Assembly (NCBI GenBank): GCA_964540825.1
Contig: CAZINT010000001.1
Location: 5,315-69,314, forward strand
Direction of reading: 5' to 3'
Origin: an uncultured Gammaproteobacteria bacterium
GTDB taxonomy: Bacteria; Patescibacteriota; Patescibacteriia; Magasanikbacterales; GWA2-37-8
Length of the DNA: 64,000 bases
Below, piece by piece: positions 36,545 through 46,413 of this stretch. A program made the translations under genes and the position numbers. The number at the start of each line of letters is the position of its first letter. Position 1 is the first letter of the stretch. The notes under the pieces were generated by a model. It saw only the letters and a list, made by a program, of their open reading frames with translations, was not told where the DNA came from and ran no database searches.

Positions 36545-38287
36545 ATGAACAAAAACGAACTCGATCATCTCCGTCATTCCGCGGCGCATCTTTTGGCCGC
36601 AGCGGTTTTGGAATTATGGCCGAAGGCCAAGCGAACAATCGGGCCGGCGATTGAAAACGGATTTTATTATGATTTTGATTTTGGAGGCGAGAAAATTGTC
36701 GAAGAAGATTTGATTCGGATTGAAGAAAAAATGCACGCACTCGTTCCGAGTTGGAAAGGCTTCGAGCGTAAAGAAGTAAGCGCGGCAGAGGCCAAAGAAT
36801 TTTATGCCGACAATGAGTATAAACAAGAATTAATTAATGAATTTGCGGGTGAAGGTCAAACATTAACCTTCTACACCTCGGGCACGTATACTGACCTTTG
36901 CCGCGGGGGACATAGTGAAGACCCGAGTCGCGACCTGCAGCATTTCAAATTATTGTCGATCGCTGGGGCATATTGGCGCGGCGACGAAAAAAATAAAATG
37001 TTAACCCGTATTTATGGCACGGCTTGGCCGAGCGAACAGGAACTGGCAGAGCACCTCAATCGTTTGGAGGAAGCTAAAAAACGTGATCATCGCAAACTTG
37101 GCAAAGAGCTTGATCTGTTTGTGTTTTCCGATGTAATTGGTCCAGGTATGCCGCTTTTTACCCCGCGCGGTACGGCAGTTCGAAACGAAATTGTTCGTTT
37201 TTCACGTGAACTGAATAGTCAGATTGGTTTTGAAGAGGTGCATACGCCTAATGTCAATAAGGCTGAGCTCTTTAAAATTTCGGGGCATTACGACAAATAT
37301 AAAGACGACATGTTCCGTGTTGTGTCACATTATTCTGAGGAAGAGTTTTATTTAAAGCCAATGAATTGTCCGCAGCATACGCAGATTTATGCATCTAAAA
37401 TGCGGAGCTATAAAGATTTGCCGCTGCGTTTCGCAGATTTTGCCAATTTGTATCGCGATGAGCGCCCGGGTGAATTATCTGGCCTCACTCGTTTGCGCTG
37501 CTTCTCGCAAGATGATGGTCATTGTTTTTGCCGCGAAGATCAGATTGAAGCCGAGTTTAACGCGGTGCTCGGTGCGATTACGAAAGCGCTCTCAATCTAT
37601 GGTCTCAAATATTCCATTCGCCTTTCACTTCGCGATCCGCATCAAAAAGAAAAATATTTAGGTGATGATGCGACCTGGGAAAAAGCTGAAGCTACGCTTG
37701 CTAAACTTTTGAAGGAAAATAAAATTGAGTTTCAAGCGGTTGAAGGTGAAGCGGCTTTCTACGGGCCAAAAATGGATATTATGGCCACCGACTCGCTGGG
37801 CCGAGAATGGCAAGTTTCTACTGTCCAGCTCGACCTCAACATGGCAGTCAGATTTGGTTTAACCTATGTCGATAGCGATGGGACACAAAAGAATCCGATC
37901 ATGATTCACCGTGCGCTTATCGGTTCGCCTGAACGCTTTATGGGGATTTTGATTGAACATTATGGCGGTGCATTCCCGTTGTGGCTAGCTCCAGTGCAGC
38001 TCGCCATCGTGCCTGTTTCGTCTAAGCATATTGAAGCGGCCAAAGGATGTGCGCAAAGTTTTAAGGCGGCAGGTATACGTGTAGAGATCGATACAGCCGA
38101 TGAGACGGTGGGTAAAAAAGTCCGCAACAGTGCCGGACAAAAAATCCCGTATATTGCCGTTATTGGTGATCGTGAAGCAGCCGGTGATATTTGGACTGTT
38201 CGCGTTCGTGGTCAGGAAGAACAGATCAAGATGATGCCGGAAGAATTTAAACAAAAAATACTTCAAGAAATAGCTGCCCGCAGCTAG
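36545..38287 (+). CDS. thrS: Threonine--tRNA ligase (short form lacking the N-terminal TGS domain)
   Basis: It has the HSAAHLLAAAV editing-domain motif, a class II aaRS core and an anticodon-binding domain. Confidence 0.9.
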   Translation: MNKNELDHLRHSAAHLLAAAVLELWPKAKRTIGPAIENGFYYDFDFGGEKIVEEDLIRIEEKMHALVPSWKGFERKEVSAAEAKEFYADNEYKQELINEFAGEGQTLTFYTSGTYTDLCRGGHSEDPSRDLQHFKLLSIAGAYWRGDEKNKMLTRIYGTAWPSEQELAEHLNRLEEAKKRDHRKLGKELDLFVFSDVIGPGMPLFTPRGTAVRNEIVRFSRELNSQIGFEEVHTPNVNKAELFKISGHYDKYKDDMFRVVSHYSEEEFYLKPMNCPQHTQIYASKMRSYKDLPLRFADFANLYRDERPGELSGLTRLRCFSQDDGHCFCREDQIEAEFNAVLGAITKALSIYGLKYSIRLSLRDPHQKEKYLGDDATWEKAEATLAKLLKENKIEFQAVEGEAAFYGPKMDIMATDSLGREWQVSTVQLDLNMAVRFGLTYVDSDGTQKNPIMIHRALIGSPERFMGILIEHYGGAFPLWLAPVQLAIVPVSSKHIEAAKGCAQSFKAAGIRVEIDTADETVGKKVRNSAGQKIPYIAVIGDREAAGDIWTVRVRGQEEQIKMMPEEFKQKILQEIAARS

Positions 38288-38291
38288 GAAG

Positions 38292-39260
38292 TTGAGTGTG
38301 ATCCTTCGAGGGCCTATGGCAAGTGAAAAATTACCTAAAATTATCGTGCTTGCCGGTCCAACGGCATCAGGCAAAACAGATCTGGGCATTCTCTTGGCCA
38401 AGCATTTTAACGGCGAAATTATTTCGGCGGATTCACGGCAGGTTTACAAGAAAATGACAATAGCAACAGGCAAACCCCGCGGTGTGTGGCAAGAAGTTGA
38501 TGGCAGCTCGGCGTACGTAGTTGAGGGTGTTCCGCATTATCTTATGGATTTAGTTGACCCAGGTGAAGAGTTTACCCTCGCTCAGTTTAAAGAATCCGCA
38601 CTCAGCGCTATCAGGCATATTTTTCAGCGTAAAAAAGTGCCGATTGTCGTGGGCGGAACTGGTCTCTATCTGTGGTCATTAATTGATAATTTATCACTTC
38701 CGCCGGTTGCGCCAAACAAAAAATTGCGTGATGGTTTTGAAGGAAAGAGTCTCACAGAATTAGTTGAACTTTTGCGTAATATTGATCCTAAATCGGCACT
38801 GAAGATTGATCTTAAAAATCAGCAGCGAGTTATTCGTGCTCTTGAGGTGGCTATTCTGACGGGCAATTCATTTACAGAACAGCAGCTTAAAGGCGTGCCG
38901 TTGTTTGATGTTTTGCAGCTAGGCATCCAGCGGCCGCAAAACGAGCTCAACGAACGCATTAATCAGCGTGTAGAGCGTCAGTTTAAAGAGGGTATGATCG
39001 ACGAGACAAAAGATTTGCTTCGTCAGCGTTACCAATGGAAGCTCCCGAGTATGAAGGGGATTGGGTATAAAGAAATTGACCACTATTTACAGGGGGAGCT
39101 AAGCCTTAAAGAAGCGTGCGAAAAAATTCAGGGTGCAACGCGCCGGTATGCCAAGCGACAGCTCACGTGGTTTAAGCGGGATGATCGTATTACGTGGATT
39201 TCACCCGAGTCGTTTGATGAAGCGGTTCGGCTTATTCAGGATTTTTTGGCAGAAGACTAA
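38292..39260 (+). CDS. miaA: tRNA dimethylallyltransferase
   Basis: It has the P-loop GPTASGKT and the ISADSRQVYK motif. The start may instead be the ATG at 38316. Confidence 0.85.
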   Translation: MSVILRGPMASEKLPKIIVLAGPTASGKTDLGILLAKHFNGEIISADSRQVYKKMTIATGKPRGVWQEVDGSSAYVVEGVPHYLMDLVDPGEEFTLAQFKESALSAIRHIFQRKKVPIVVGGTGLYLWSLIDNLSLPPVAPNKKLRDGFEGKSLTELVELLRNIDPKSALKIDLKNQQRVIRALEVAILTGNSFTEQQLKGVPLFDVLQLGIQRPQNELNERINQRVERQFKEGMIDETKDLLRQRYQWKLPSMKGIGYKEIDHYLQGELSLKEACEKIQGATRRYAKRQLTWFKRDDRITWISPESFDEAVRLIQDFLAED

Positions 39261-39266
39261 GGGTGT

Positions 39267-41228
39267 TTAGAGAGAAATCTCGTTGCCTGTCAATGTGATA
39301 GTTTCGCCGGTCACTGCGTCTTCGGCTGTAATAGTAACTTTTGAAACAAGAGTGTTTTGAGTTGGATTTTTGCTCTTGAGCAGTATCGTAAATGGCCAAG
39401 CCAGCACATCCACACTGTCCGGCATTTCTCCTATAGTCCAGGTAAGTTTTTTGGTGGCCGTATTGAAAGTTGCTGTACCCGCTGGTACGGTAGAAGTAGC
39501 GATAGCGCCAACATCACCAAAAACTGTAGCGGAAAGATTAATATTTTTGAGCGGATGAAGCGTGTTGTTAAGTACCCAGGTAATCGCATGCTGCTCTTGC
39601 GCGCCTTCGGTGGTGACAGTATCACGAGCTTCAAAACTAAGATCCGAATGTATCGCAACGACAATGGGCGAGCCTGAAGCGGTTTTTTGAGCTCCTGATC
39701 CGTCCGTGTAGATAACGGTGGCCAAACTTGTTATTTTAGATTCAACAAAGTTTTTTAGATCAATGTCGTCATTAGTTTTGATCGGCAGTTGGATGTCAAT
39801 ATTTAATTCTTGTCCGGCACTGAGCGTCGCGAGCGCAGGAATTTTTTTCTTAGTCCAGCTAATTTGACCATGACGCAGCGTCTCGCTGATTTGTTCGCCC
39901 TTGATATCGCCGTCATATTTATCGGTGATCGCAGACCATTTCAGAATACTTTGATTTTTGTATGATGGGCCGTCAATTGCCAAGAGTGCTGAAATATCTT
40001 TGATATCGCTTGTACTTGTATTTTTAATATTTACGGTAAAGTTAAGTGTGTTGCCCGGGGCTGCTGATTGGGCGTCGAGTTTGCCGTTTATTGCCACGCT
40101 TACGAGCGTGCCTGTTTTTACAATACTGCTTTCAACGCCGCTATCAACAATTTTGTAAAGTTCGCCAGTTCCCGGAGTTACGATAAAGAGGCTGGCGCGC
40201 ACCGGGAATGATCCGCCTTCTTCGTCGTTGAGCGTGCCGCGAACAATAAAGGTGCGGGGTGAAGCACTGGTGAGAGTTGAGGAAGCGGTATTTTTAAGTA
40301 TCCACTGTTTACCGTCGCTGAGGGCAGGTGTCGTTGAAGCGATAGTAAAATTAGGAGGAAGTACCGGGGTTAAACGAAGTTCAGAAAAATTTGCTGTACC
40401 AGCATTTTTTACAGTAAAGGTAAATTCAGTGGGGGTGCCCGGACTAATTTTATCGCTGGCCGCTATTGCTACGCTAAACGGCGAGTTGGTCACGGTGGTC
40501 ACCATGTCAGCTGTTTTTTGGAGCGTAGAATTAATATTTTTGGGCTGATATTTAAGCGAAAGACGGAGTGACCCTGCTTGATTAATAGCGCCATAGGTAA
40601 CCCCGGTAATTGTAATAGTGCCGTCACTATTCGCTGGAATGGTGCCGATGTCAGCTTCATTATGGGTAGCGTTGCCAAGGCTGATGGAGCTCGTAGTGTA
40701 GATAAAGCCGGCTGGGTACCAGATATCAAGCTTTGCATTCGTGATATCTGTGGTTTGATTGTTGTGGTAGGTGATTTTATAGGTAGTTGTCGCACCAAGT
40801 GTCACACTATCAGGACCTTCAACGCTCAAGGAGATCTGATTATCGGCCGCGGCTCGGTTGCTTGGCAAAACAAAAAAACCGATCCATGCTGCAAAGGCCA
40901 TAAGCGAACCGATGATCAAAACCATCATAATAAAACCAAGTACCGGGTGTCTTTTTTTGATATCAATTTTTTTCATGTCTGGCATGCGTCCGCTTTCGTT
41001 TTGATAAATTGACGCGAGGCCGCTGTCGATTCGCTGTTCGGCTTCGGTCGGAAGCGATTTTTTTCGAGCGGTTAGTTTTTTAGTGCGCAATTGGGGTTTT
41101 TTGCGCGGCGTTACTTCTTGGTTTGGAGTAAGGTCGTTGATTTCTGAAGACATAAGCAAGGGAATAAATTCAAAAAGGTAATCAAGGATTAATAAACTTA
41201 ATGATTTTTGTTCAGGATAATGCTCCAA
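39267..41228 (-). CDS. Large surface or secreted protein with repeated beta-rich (Ig-like, conserved-repeat-type) domains
   Basis: TM helix near the N-terminus, then a Thr/Ser/Asn-rich repetitive beta sequence. Its start overlaps the upstream 878 aa gene, suggesting co-transcription. Confidence 0.5.
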   Translation of the reverse strand: MEHYPEQKSLSLLILDYLFEFIPLLMSSEINDLTPNQEVTPRKKPQLRTKKLTARKKSLPTEAEQRIDSGLASIYQNESGRMPDMKKIDIKKRHPVLGFIMMVLIIGSLMAFAAWIGFFVLPSNRAAADNQISLSVEGPDSVTLGATTTYKITYHNNQTTDITNAKLDIWYPAGFIYTTSSISLGNATHNEADIGTIPANSDGTITITGVTYGAINQAGSLRLSLKYQPKNINSTLQKTADMVTTVTNSPFSVAIAASDKISPGTPTEFTFTVKNAGTANFSELRLTPVLPPNFTIASTTPALSDGKQWILKNTASSTLTSASPRTFIVRGTLNDEEGGSFPVRASLFIVTPGTGELYKIVDSGVESSIVKTGTLVSVAINGKLDAQSAAPGNTLNFTVNIKNTSTSDIKDISALLAIDGPSYKNQSILKWSAITDKYDGDIKGEQISETLRHGQISWTKKKIPALATLSAGQELNIDIQLPIKTNDDIDLKNFVESKITSLATVIYTDGSGAQKTASGSPIVVAIHSDLSFEARDTVTTEGAQEQHAITWVLNNTLHPLKNINLSATVFGDVGAIATSTVPAGTATFNTATKKLTWTIGEMPDSVDVLAWPFTILLKSKNPTQNTLVSKVTITAEDAVTGETITLTGNEISL

Positions 41229-43834
41229 ATACTATCCTTAGTAAAATTGGGTACGGAAATTTCCGCGCCATTTGTCGCCAGCGTTATCTCGTCGCTGTTT
41301 TTCCAGATAGGATTCCAATCGTTGGGGAATATGATTTGGCTGTTGAAAGAACTAACCGAACCGGACTGGCGCTGTGCGACCAGGCTGTAATCGCCCGTAG
41401 GTGCTTTTGGTGAAAGAAGTTTTGCTAAAAATGTACGATTATCGGCCGCTGACTGGGTGGTGACTTTAAATGGAAGGCGATAGGTAAATTGAACTTGGTT
41501 GGTCTGTCCGGCAGTGGTAATTATCCAATTGCCGAAAGAGGTTTTCCCAAATTCGTTAATAACATGCGTGCCGGAAGCGGGATCAATCGTAACTAACTTC
41601 TCTTGTTCAGTTAAAAAACCGTCTTTTTTGTACCAGTTCTCTGGCGCGCGGAAACTGGTATCGTCGGGCCAGGTAAAGCCAGCGGCAGAAAGGAGTGTGC
41701 TCCCTTCAGGGACATAGACGCGGATATAATCAGTATTCGGTGCGCCATATAATTTTTGGGTTGCGTCACCTTGGTGGGTGCGCGTAATAATTACGGTATC
41801 AACAATAGAGCCATCAGCATCGACCACAGCCTGGTGCGTAATACTTTGTTTAATTTCGGCATCACTTTTTTGACCTTGAATATTGGTGTTCACGACCATG
41901 AGATAATCTTGCCCGTCGCGGGTAGGAGTCATGGTACCGGCCCATCCAAAAGAAGCAACACTTGCTTCAGTGGCGGCGTCGGTAAAGTAGGCTTGAATAT
42001 CCTTTTCTTGCAGTGACTCCTGGATATTTTTGAGCAGGCTCAGTGTAGTGGCTGAGTTTAAATTTCCCAGTTGACCAATAAGCGTGTGTGCCAAGTCACC
42101 CAAAATTTGTTTTGGCTTATTGAGTTTTTTTTCCGGGCCTTCTTCGACAACTTGTTGGAGCGTGGTAAGAGCGTTATCGGTGGTGAGAGTGAGTCCGCGC
42201 TGTTCGTCGGTAACTGGGCCGACAAGGGCTAATATTTTTTCAAGTACGGGGGCGTTAACGGCAATAACGCCGTCGAGGGTTATTCCGCGGCTATGGCGAT
42301 AAAACCAGAGCATTTTTTGGCTGCTCGCACTAAAATCGGGAAACCAGTTAGCGTCTTGGAATTCCCAGCGTTTGTTTGTGAGCAAGAGTGGAGTAGGGGG
42401 TTCAACGTATTGATCGAGCTGCCCCTGGAGGTCGTAGCTGCCTCCAGCCGGGATATCAAACTTAATAATTTTACCGTCTTTAACTTCAATTATCGCAAAG
42501 CTGCCCACAAAACCGCCAGTCGGGCGAAGCTCGGCAGGATTTTGGAAAGCAATCAAATAGCGGCGCAGGCCTTCGCCGCCAAAAATTTCGTTAATAGGTT
42601 CTTCGAGACTGCTGATGCTTGTAAGGTCGTTGACCGTGGCGGCAAAGAGGGTGCGAAATTTGGTAAAAGCGTCTTGGTATTCGGCGGGCAAGACTGCCGG
42701 GTCGACGTCATTCAAATTCTCAACTGCCTGTTGGTAGTTAGGTAAGGCAGGTTTGAGTCCTTGTAAAACGTGGTTTATTTTGGAAAGTGGCGTCGTGCTG
42801 GCTGTTTCAGCAGTTGTGACGCTCGCGAGGAGGTAGCTGTTGCCAACAGTTATTTGCTGACCGGCAATAAGGAGTTTTTGGCGGCTGGCAATTTGATCTT
42901 TGACAACGGGAATGGCGCTGACGATTGTTTCGAGCCATTGATATTTTTCAAGAGTGGTAATCGCGGTATCAAAATGACTTAATGCGGCCTCGGTAGAATC
43001 TGTCGCGTCGGATAGGTTGGAGGCGAGGAGTTGCCGGGTCGAATTTTCCAGAGCTTTAAAACCGGCGGTACTGTTTTCAACCACGGCTACCTTATTTTTT
43101 TGGAGTTCAACATAATAACTTCGTGCCGGAAGCGGTACGATGCCAATGAGCGTGATAACAAGTAAAGCAAACGCAGTTGCTCGTTTGCTCGGCCCATTGA
43201 GTAATACGCTGCGGGCGTTGCCAACGAAATGTGCGGCGCTATTTTCAAGCGTCTGAGAAAGCGCAATAATTTTTTGGTCATAGGCAGTCTGCCAGTTGCG
43301 CAGACGCGTACGAAGCGGAAGTGATGGCTTTTGCGTTTTAATTTTTTTGACGCTGACGGCAGCTCTATTTTTTACTGCTGGCAGCACAACTGATTTTGGC
43401 AATGATTTGGCGGCTTCGCCTCGCGCAGGTGCTTCGCGGTGCAGGTACTCTGCTGGAGCGGCAGGAGGAAATTTTAAAATTCGTTTTGCTCCCGTGGCAA
43501 TTGCTTCAAGTTTTAAAACCTCAACGCGTGAGGCGGGGGGAATTTCAGTATGTTTTTGATGATGATAGTGATAGGCAGGATTGGTTGATTTCTTTGGCGA
43601 GGAAACTTCAACCCGATCCCATAAGGATGCGGTATTTTTTTTAAGATTGACAATGTGGGGTGAGGCAGGCGGTTCTGTGGTAACGTGGTGGACAAAAAAA
43701 TGCACCTGATTATCATGAGGAGTTGCTGGCGGTCTTTGTTGTGTAACTGCTTCGGGGCAAGTGGATTTATTGTGTCCAACCTTGGTACATAAGCCGCAGC
43801 GACGCAGTTGAAGATGTTTGCTTTTTTTAGGCAT
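41198..43834 (-). CDS. Large (878 aa) membrane-anchored protein with an N-terminal CCHC zinc knuckle and a big extracytoplasmic domain
   Basis: CGLCTKVGHNKSTC matches C-x2-C-x4-H-x4-C. A TM helix lies near residue 220, followed by about 640 aa of extracytoplasmic sequence. Confidence 0.5.
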   Translation of the reverse strand: MPKKSKHLQLRRCGLCTKVGHNKSTCPEAVTQQRPPATPHDNQVHFFVHHVTTEPPASPHIVNLKKNTASLWDRVEVSSPKKSTNPAYHYHHQKHTEIPPASRVEVLKLEAIATGAKRILKFPPAAPAEYLHREAPARGEAAKSLPKSVVLPAVKNRAAVSVKKIKTQKPSLPLRTRLRNWQTAYDQKIIALSQTLENSAAHFVGNARSVLLNGPSKRATAFALLVITLIGIVPLPARSYYVELQKNKVAVVENSTAGFKALENSTRQLLASNLSDATDSTEAALSHFDTAITTLEKYQWLETIVSAIPVVKDQIASRQKLLIAGQQITVGNSYLLASVTTAETASTTPLSKINHVLQGLKPALPNYQQAVENLNDVDPAVLPAEYQDAFTKFRTLFAATVNDLTSISSLEEPINEIFGGEGLRRYLIAFQNPAELRPTGGFVGSFAIIEVKDGKIIKFDIPAGGSYDLQGQLDQYVEPPTPLLLTNKRWEFQDANWFPDFSASSQKMLWFYRHSRGITLDGVIAVNAPVLEKILALVGPVTDEQRGLTLTTDNALTTLQQVVEEGPEKKLNKPKQILGDLAHTLIGQLGNLNSATTLSLLKNIQESLQEKDIQAYFTDAATEASVASFGWAGTMTPTRDGQDYLMVVNTNIQGQKSDAEIKQSITHQAVVDADGSIVDTVIITRTHQGDATQKLYGAPNTDYIRVYVPEGSTLLSAAGFTWPDDTSFRAPENWYKKDGFLTEQEKLVTIDPASGTHVINEFGKTSFGNWIITTAGQTNQVQFTYRLPFKVTTQSAADNRTFLAKLLSPKAPTGDYSLVAQRQSGSVSSFNSQIIFPNDWNPIWKNSDEITLATNGAEISVPNFTKDSIWSIILNKNH

Positions 43835-43901
43835 GCAGGAGACGCTAAAATCTAGACGGTAGTATACACTATTTTCAAGTCTTCCCCTAGCTAAAAATGG
43901 C

Positions 43902-45101
43902 TTATTTATCCACTCCTTCTAAAGTTTCGTTATGTGCTTGAGCTCTGTGGTATATGGTAAGTGTTTCGATCGTTAATTTTTCCCAAGAATAACGTGAACA
44001 CCATTCGTATCCATCGCGAGTAAGCTGCTTGAGGAGTTTTGGATTCTTTAAAGTGTCAAAAAGTACTCCGGCTAAAGCCTTGGGATCGCGTGGGTCAAAA
44101 AAAACAGCGGCTGAGCCAAGAATTTCCGGTAAACAAGTGCTAGTAGAGGCAGCTACCGGCAGGCCGTAGCTCATGGCTTCAAGGGGTGGAAGGCCAAAAC
44201 CTTCGTAGAGGCTTGGAAAAACATACAGCGAAGCATTTTTGTAAAAAAAAGGCAGCTGCTCGTCGGGGATGAAGCCGGTAAAAATCGGTTTATTAGGGGT
44301 GGCTGCCGGCAGATTCGATTGGAGTTTTTGGTAAAAGAAATTTTCTTTACCGATGAGCACTAATTGGTAGTCAGTTGTTTGCTGACAAAAAATTTCCCAT
44401 GCTTTTATGAGCTGGTCAAGATTTTTGTGAGGATAAGCAACGCCAACGTAGAGTAGATAGGGTTTGGTGATGCCATATGATGAGAGGTTTAACGAAGTTT
44501 CCTTCCGGGCTGGCTTAGAAAAGGCTGCTTGGTAGGTGGTAGTAATTTTTTCAAGTGGTATGTGGAGTGTCTTGTGAATATCCTGCTTTGTAAATTCACT
44601 TGTGGCGATAATGTGCTGCGATTTCTTCGCTGCATGCCGTAGCACTTTTTTGTACATGAGCTGTTTAAACCAATACGTCAGCGGCCCGAGGGTGCTGGCC
44701 GCTCGGGTGGGATAGTGCATAAGCAGCAGATCATGAATTGTTACGATGAAAGGTTCGTTGTAGCCAAGCGGAACGTTCCAGTGCGGAAAATGCAGCAGAT
44801 CTACCTTGGCGGAGCGAAAAATTTTGGAAAGCAACAGCTGTTCTTTCCAGCCATACCAGGGTATATCGGCCAGGACTTTGTGAAAACGAGGGTTGACGGG
44901 GATATAGGAATCCCAGTTTTGACGTCGCAAAAAAATAGTAAACGTGTCGTCGGTATTCGTTTTTTCGAGATGGAGAACAAGTTGTTCGATGTACCGGCCA
45001 AGACCGCCCTGCTCGGGTCCAAAAAGGCGTGCGTCAATTCCAATATGCATACATAGTTTAATACTGTGTATGTAGTATACCTCCAAACACCCTGTGTGCA
45101 C
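43902..45101 (-). CDS. Glycosyltransferase family 4
   Basis: It has the E-x7-E-type motif EGFGLPPLEAMSYGLPV and is 399 aa. Confidence 0.8.
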   Translation of the reverse strand: MHTGCLEVYYIHSIKLCMHIGIDARLFGPEQGGLGRYIEQLVLHLEKTNTDDTFTIFLRRQNWDSYIPVNPRFHKVLADIPWYGWKEQLLLSKIFRSAKVDLLHFPHWNVPLGYNEPFIVTIHDLLLMHYPTRAASTLGPLTYWFKQLMYKKVLRHAAKKSQHIIATSEFTKQDIHKTLHIPLEKITTTYQAAFSKPARKETSLNLSSYGITKPYLLYVGVAYPHKNLDQLIKAWEIFCQQTTDYQLVLIGKENFFYQKLQSNLPAATPNKPIFTGFIPDEQLPFFYKNASLYVFPSLYEGFGLPPLEAMSYGLPVAASTSTCLPEILGSAAVFFDPRDPKALAGVLFDTLKNPKLLKQLTRDGYEWCSRYSWEKLTIETLTIYHRAQAHNETLEGVDK

Positions 45102-45197
45102 TAGTCGGCTTTAAATACGTTATAAAAGCTGATTTTTTGCCGGTGGATTGATTTATTTGTGATTTTGACGTATACTTACGCAATCTAAACTCTTCTT

Positions 45198-46409
45198 ATG
45201 CCGTATCTTAGCCAAATTTTAGGGAGCCGTATTGAAGATAGTGCGGATACCTTTGTCGGAAAATTGACTGACATTATTGTGAAACCGACTACCGGGGCCT
45301 ATGCTTCCCTGCTTTTTTTGGCAGTTAAAGAGCCGGGCAAGAAAGAGTGCCGATTTATTCCTTTTAGCCATGTTGAAAACATGAGCCGGAGTCAAATCGA
45401 CCTCAAAAGCCTGCAGGAAAAAATTCCGGCCCAGAGCGCTGAGGATGATTGGGTGTATCTTTCGCGTGACGTACTTGATCAGCAGATTGTGGATGTAGCT
45501 GGTGCGCGCGTGGTGCGCGTGAACGACTTGCGTATTGGCTTGTTTGAAAAACAGATGTCAGTTTTGGGTATTGACGTCAGTTTTAAAGGCCTCTTGCGTC
45601 GTTTGGGTTTGGCGGCGTTTGATGTTCGGGATTGGTTTAAGGTCAATCTTATTGACTGGCGTAAAACGCAGCTCGTGAAAGGAGCGGTGAAGTTAAGTAC
45701 CCTTTCGAGTGATTTGATCCGCTTACACCCGGCTGACCTTGCCAATATTATTGAAGATTTGAGTATCAAACAGGGAAGTAAACTGGTCGAATCGCTGGAT
45801 GAAGCGACGGCTGCAAAAGTTATGGAAGAGATCGATCCTGAGCTGCAAAAAGCGCTTGTTCAACATCTGAGCCGTGAAGAAGCTGTTAAAATTATTGGAC
45901 AAATGTCGATTGACGAAGTCGTAGACTTATTAAAAATTTTACCCAAAGAAGACGCGCGGGTTTTTATTTCCCAGTTAAAAAATGTCGACTTCAAAAAAAT
46001 CGAAAACTTAATTGGATATGAAGATGATACTGCAGGCGGCCTCATGACTACTGAATTCGTAAGCGTGCCGCTCGGGTGGAATGTCGAGCAGGCGCTCGAA
46101 GAAGTGCGCCGAATGTCGCCGGAACTGCGGTCTATTTTGTATGTCTATGTGGTTGACGGCGAAGGAATTTTTAAAGGGGCTCTGTCGCTCAGACGCTTAC
46201 TTGTGGCTGAAAAAGAAGCTCGGCTCAGGGATTTAGTTCAAGAATTTTCAGTGCAAGTAACGCTTCGATTGGGCGATAAGATTAATCAGGTGATTACGGT
46301 TATGACAAAGTACGACCTGTATTTTGCAGCTGTGCTTGATGATCGCGGTAAATTATTAGGTGTGGTTTCGATTGATGACGTTATGCGCCAAATTGCGCCT
46401 AAAGCCTAG
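45198..46409 (+). CDS. Soluble PRC-barrel / MgtE N-terminal domain / CBS-pair protein (MgtE cytoplasmic sensor without a pore)
   Basis: The helical acidic repeat pattern DLANIIEDL...DEATAAKVMEEIDPELQ...DEVVDLLKILPKED is typical of MgtE-N. A CBS pair follows. There is no TM segment. Confidence 0.65.
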   Translation: MPYLSQILGSRIEDSADTFVGKLTDIIVKPTTGAYASLLFLAVKEPGKKECRFIPFSHVENMSRSQIDLKSLQEKIPAQSAEDDWVYLSRDVLDQQIVDVAGARVVRVNDLRIGLFEKQMSVLGIDVSFKGLLRRLGLAAFDVRDWFKVNLIDWRKTQLVKGAVKLSTLSSDLIRLHPADLANIIEDLSIKQGSKLVESLDEATAAKVMEEIDPELQKALVQHLSREEAVKIIGQMSIDEVVDLLKILPKEDARVFISQLKNVDFKKIENLIGYEDDTAGGLMTTEFVSVPLGWNVEQALEEVRRMSPELRSILYVYVVDGEGIFKGALSLRRLLVAEKEARLRDLVQEFSVQVTLRLGDKINQVITVMTKYDLYFAAVLDDRGKLLGVVSIDDVMRQIAPKA

Positions 46410-46413
46410 TCGT

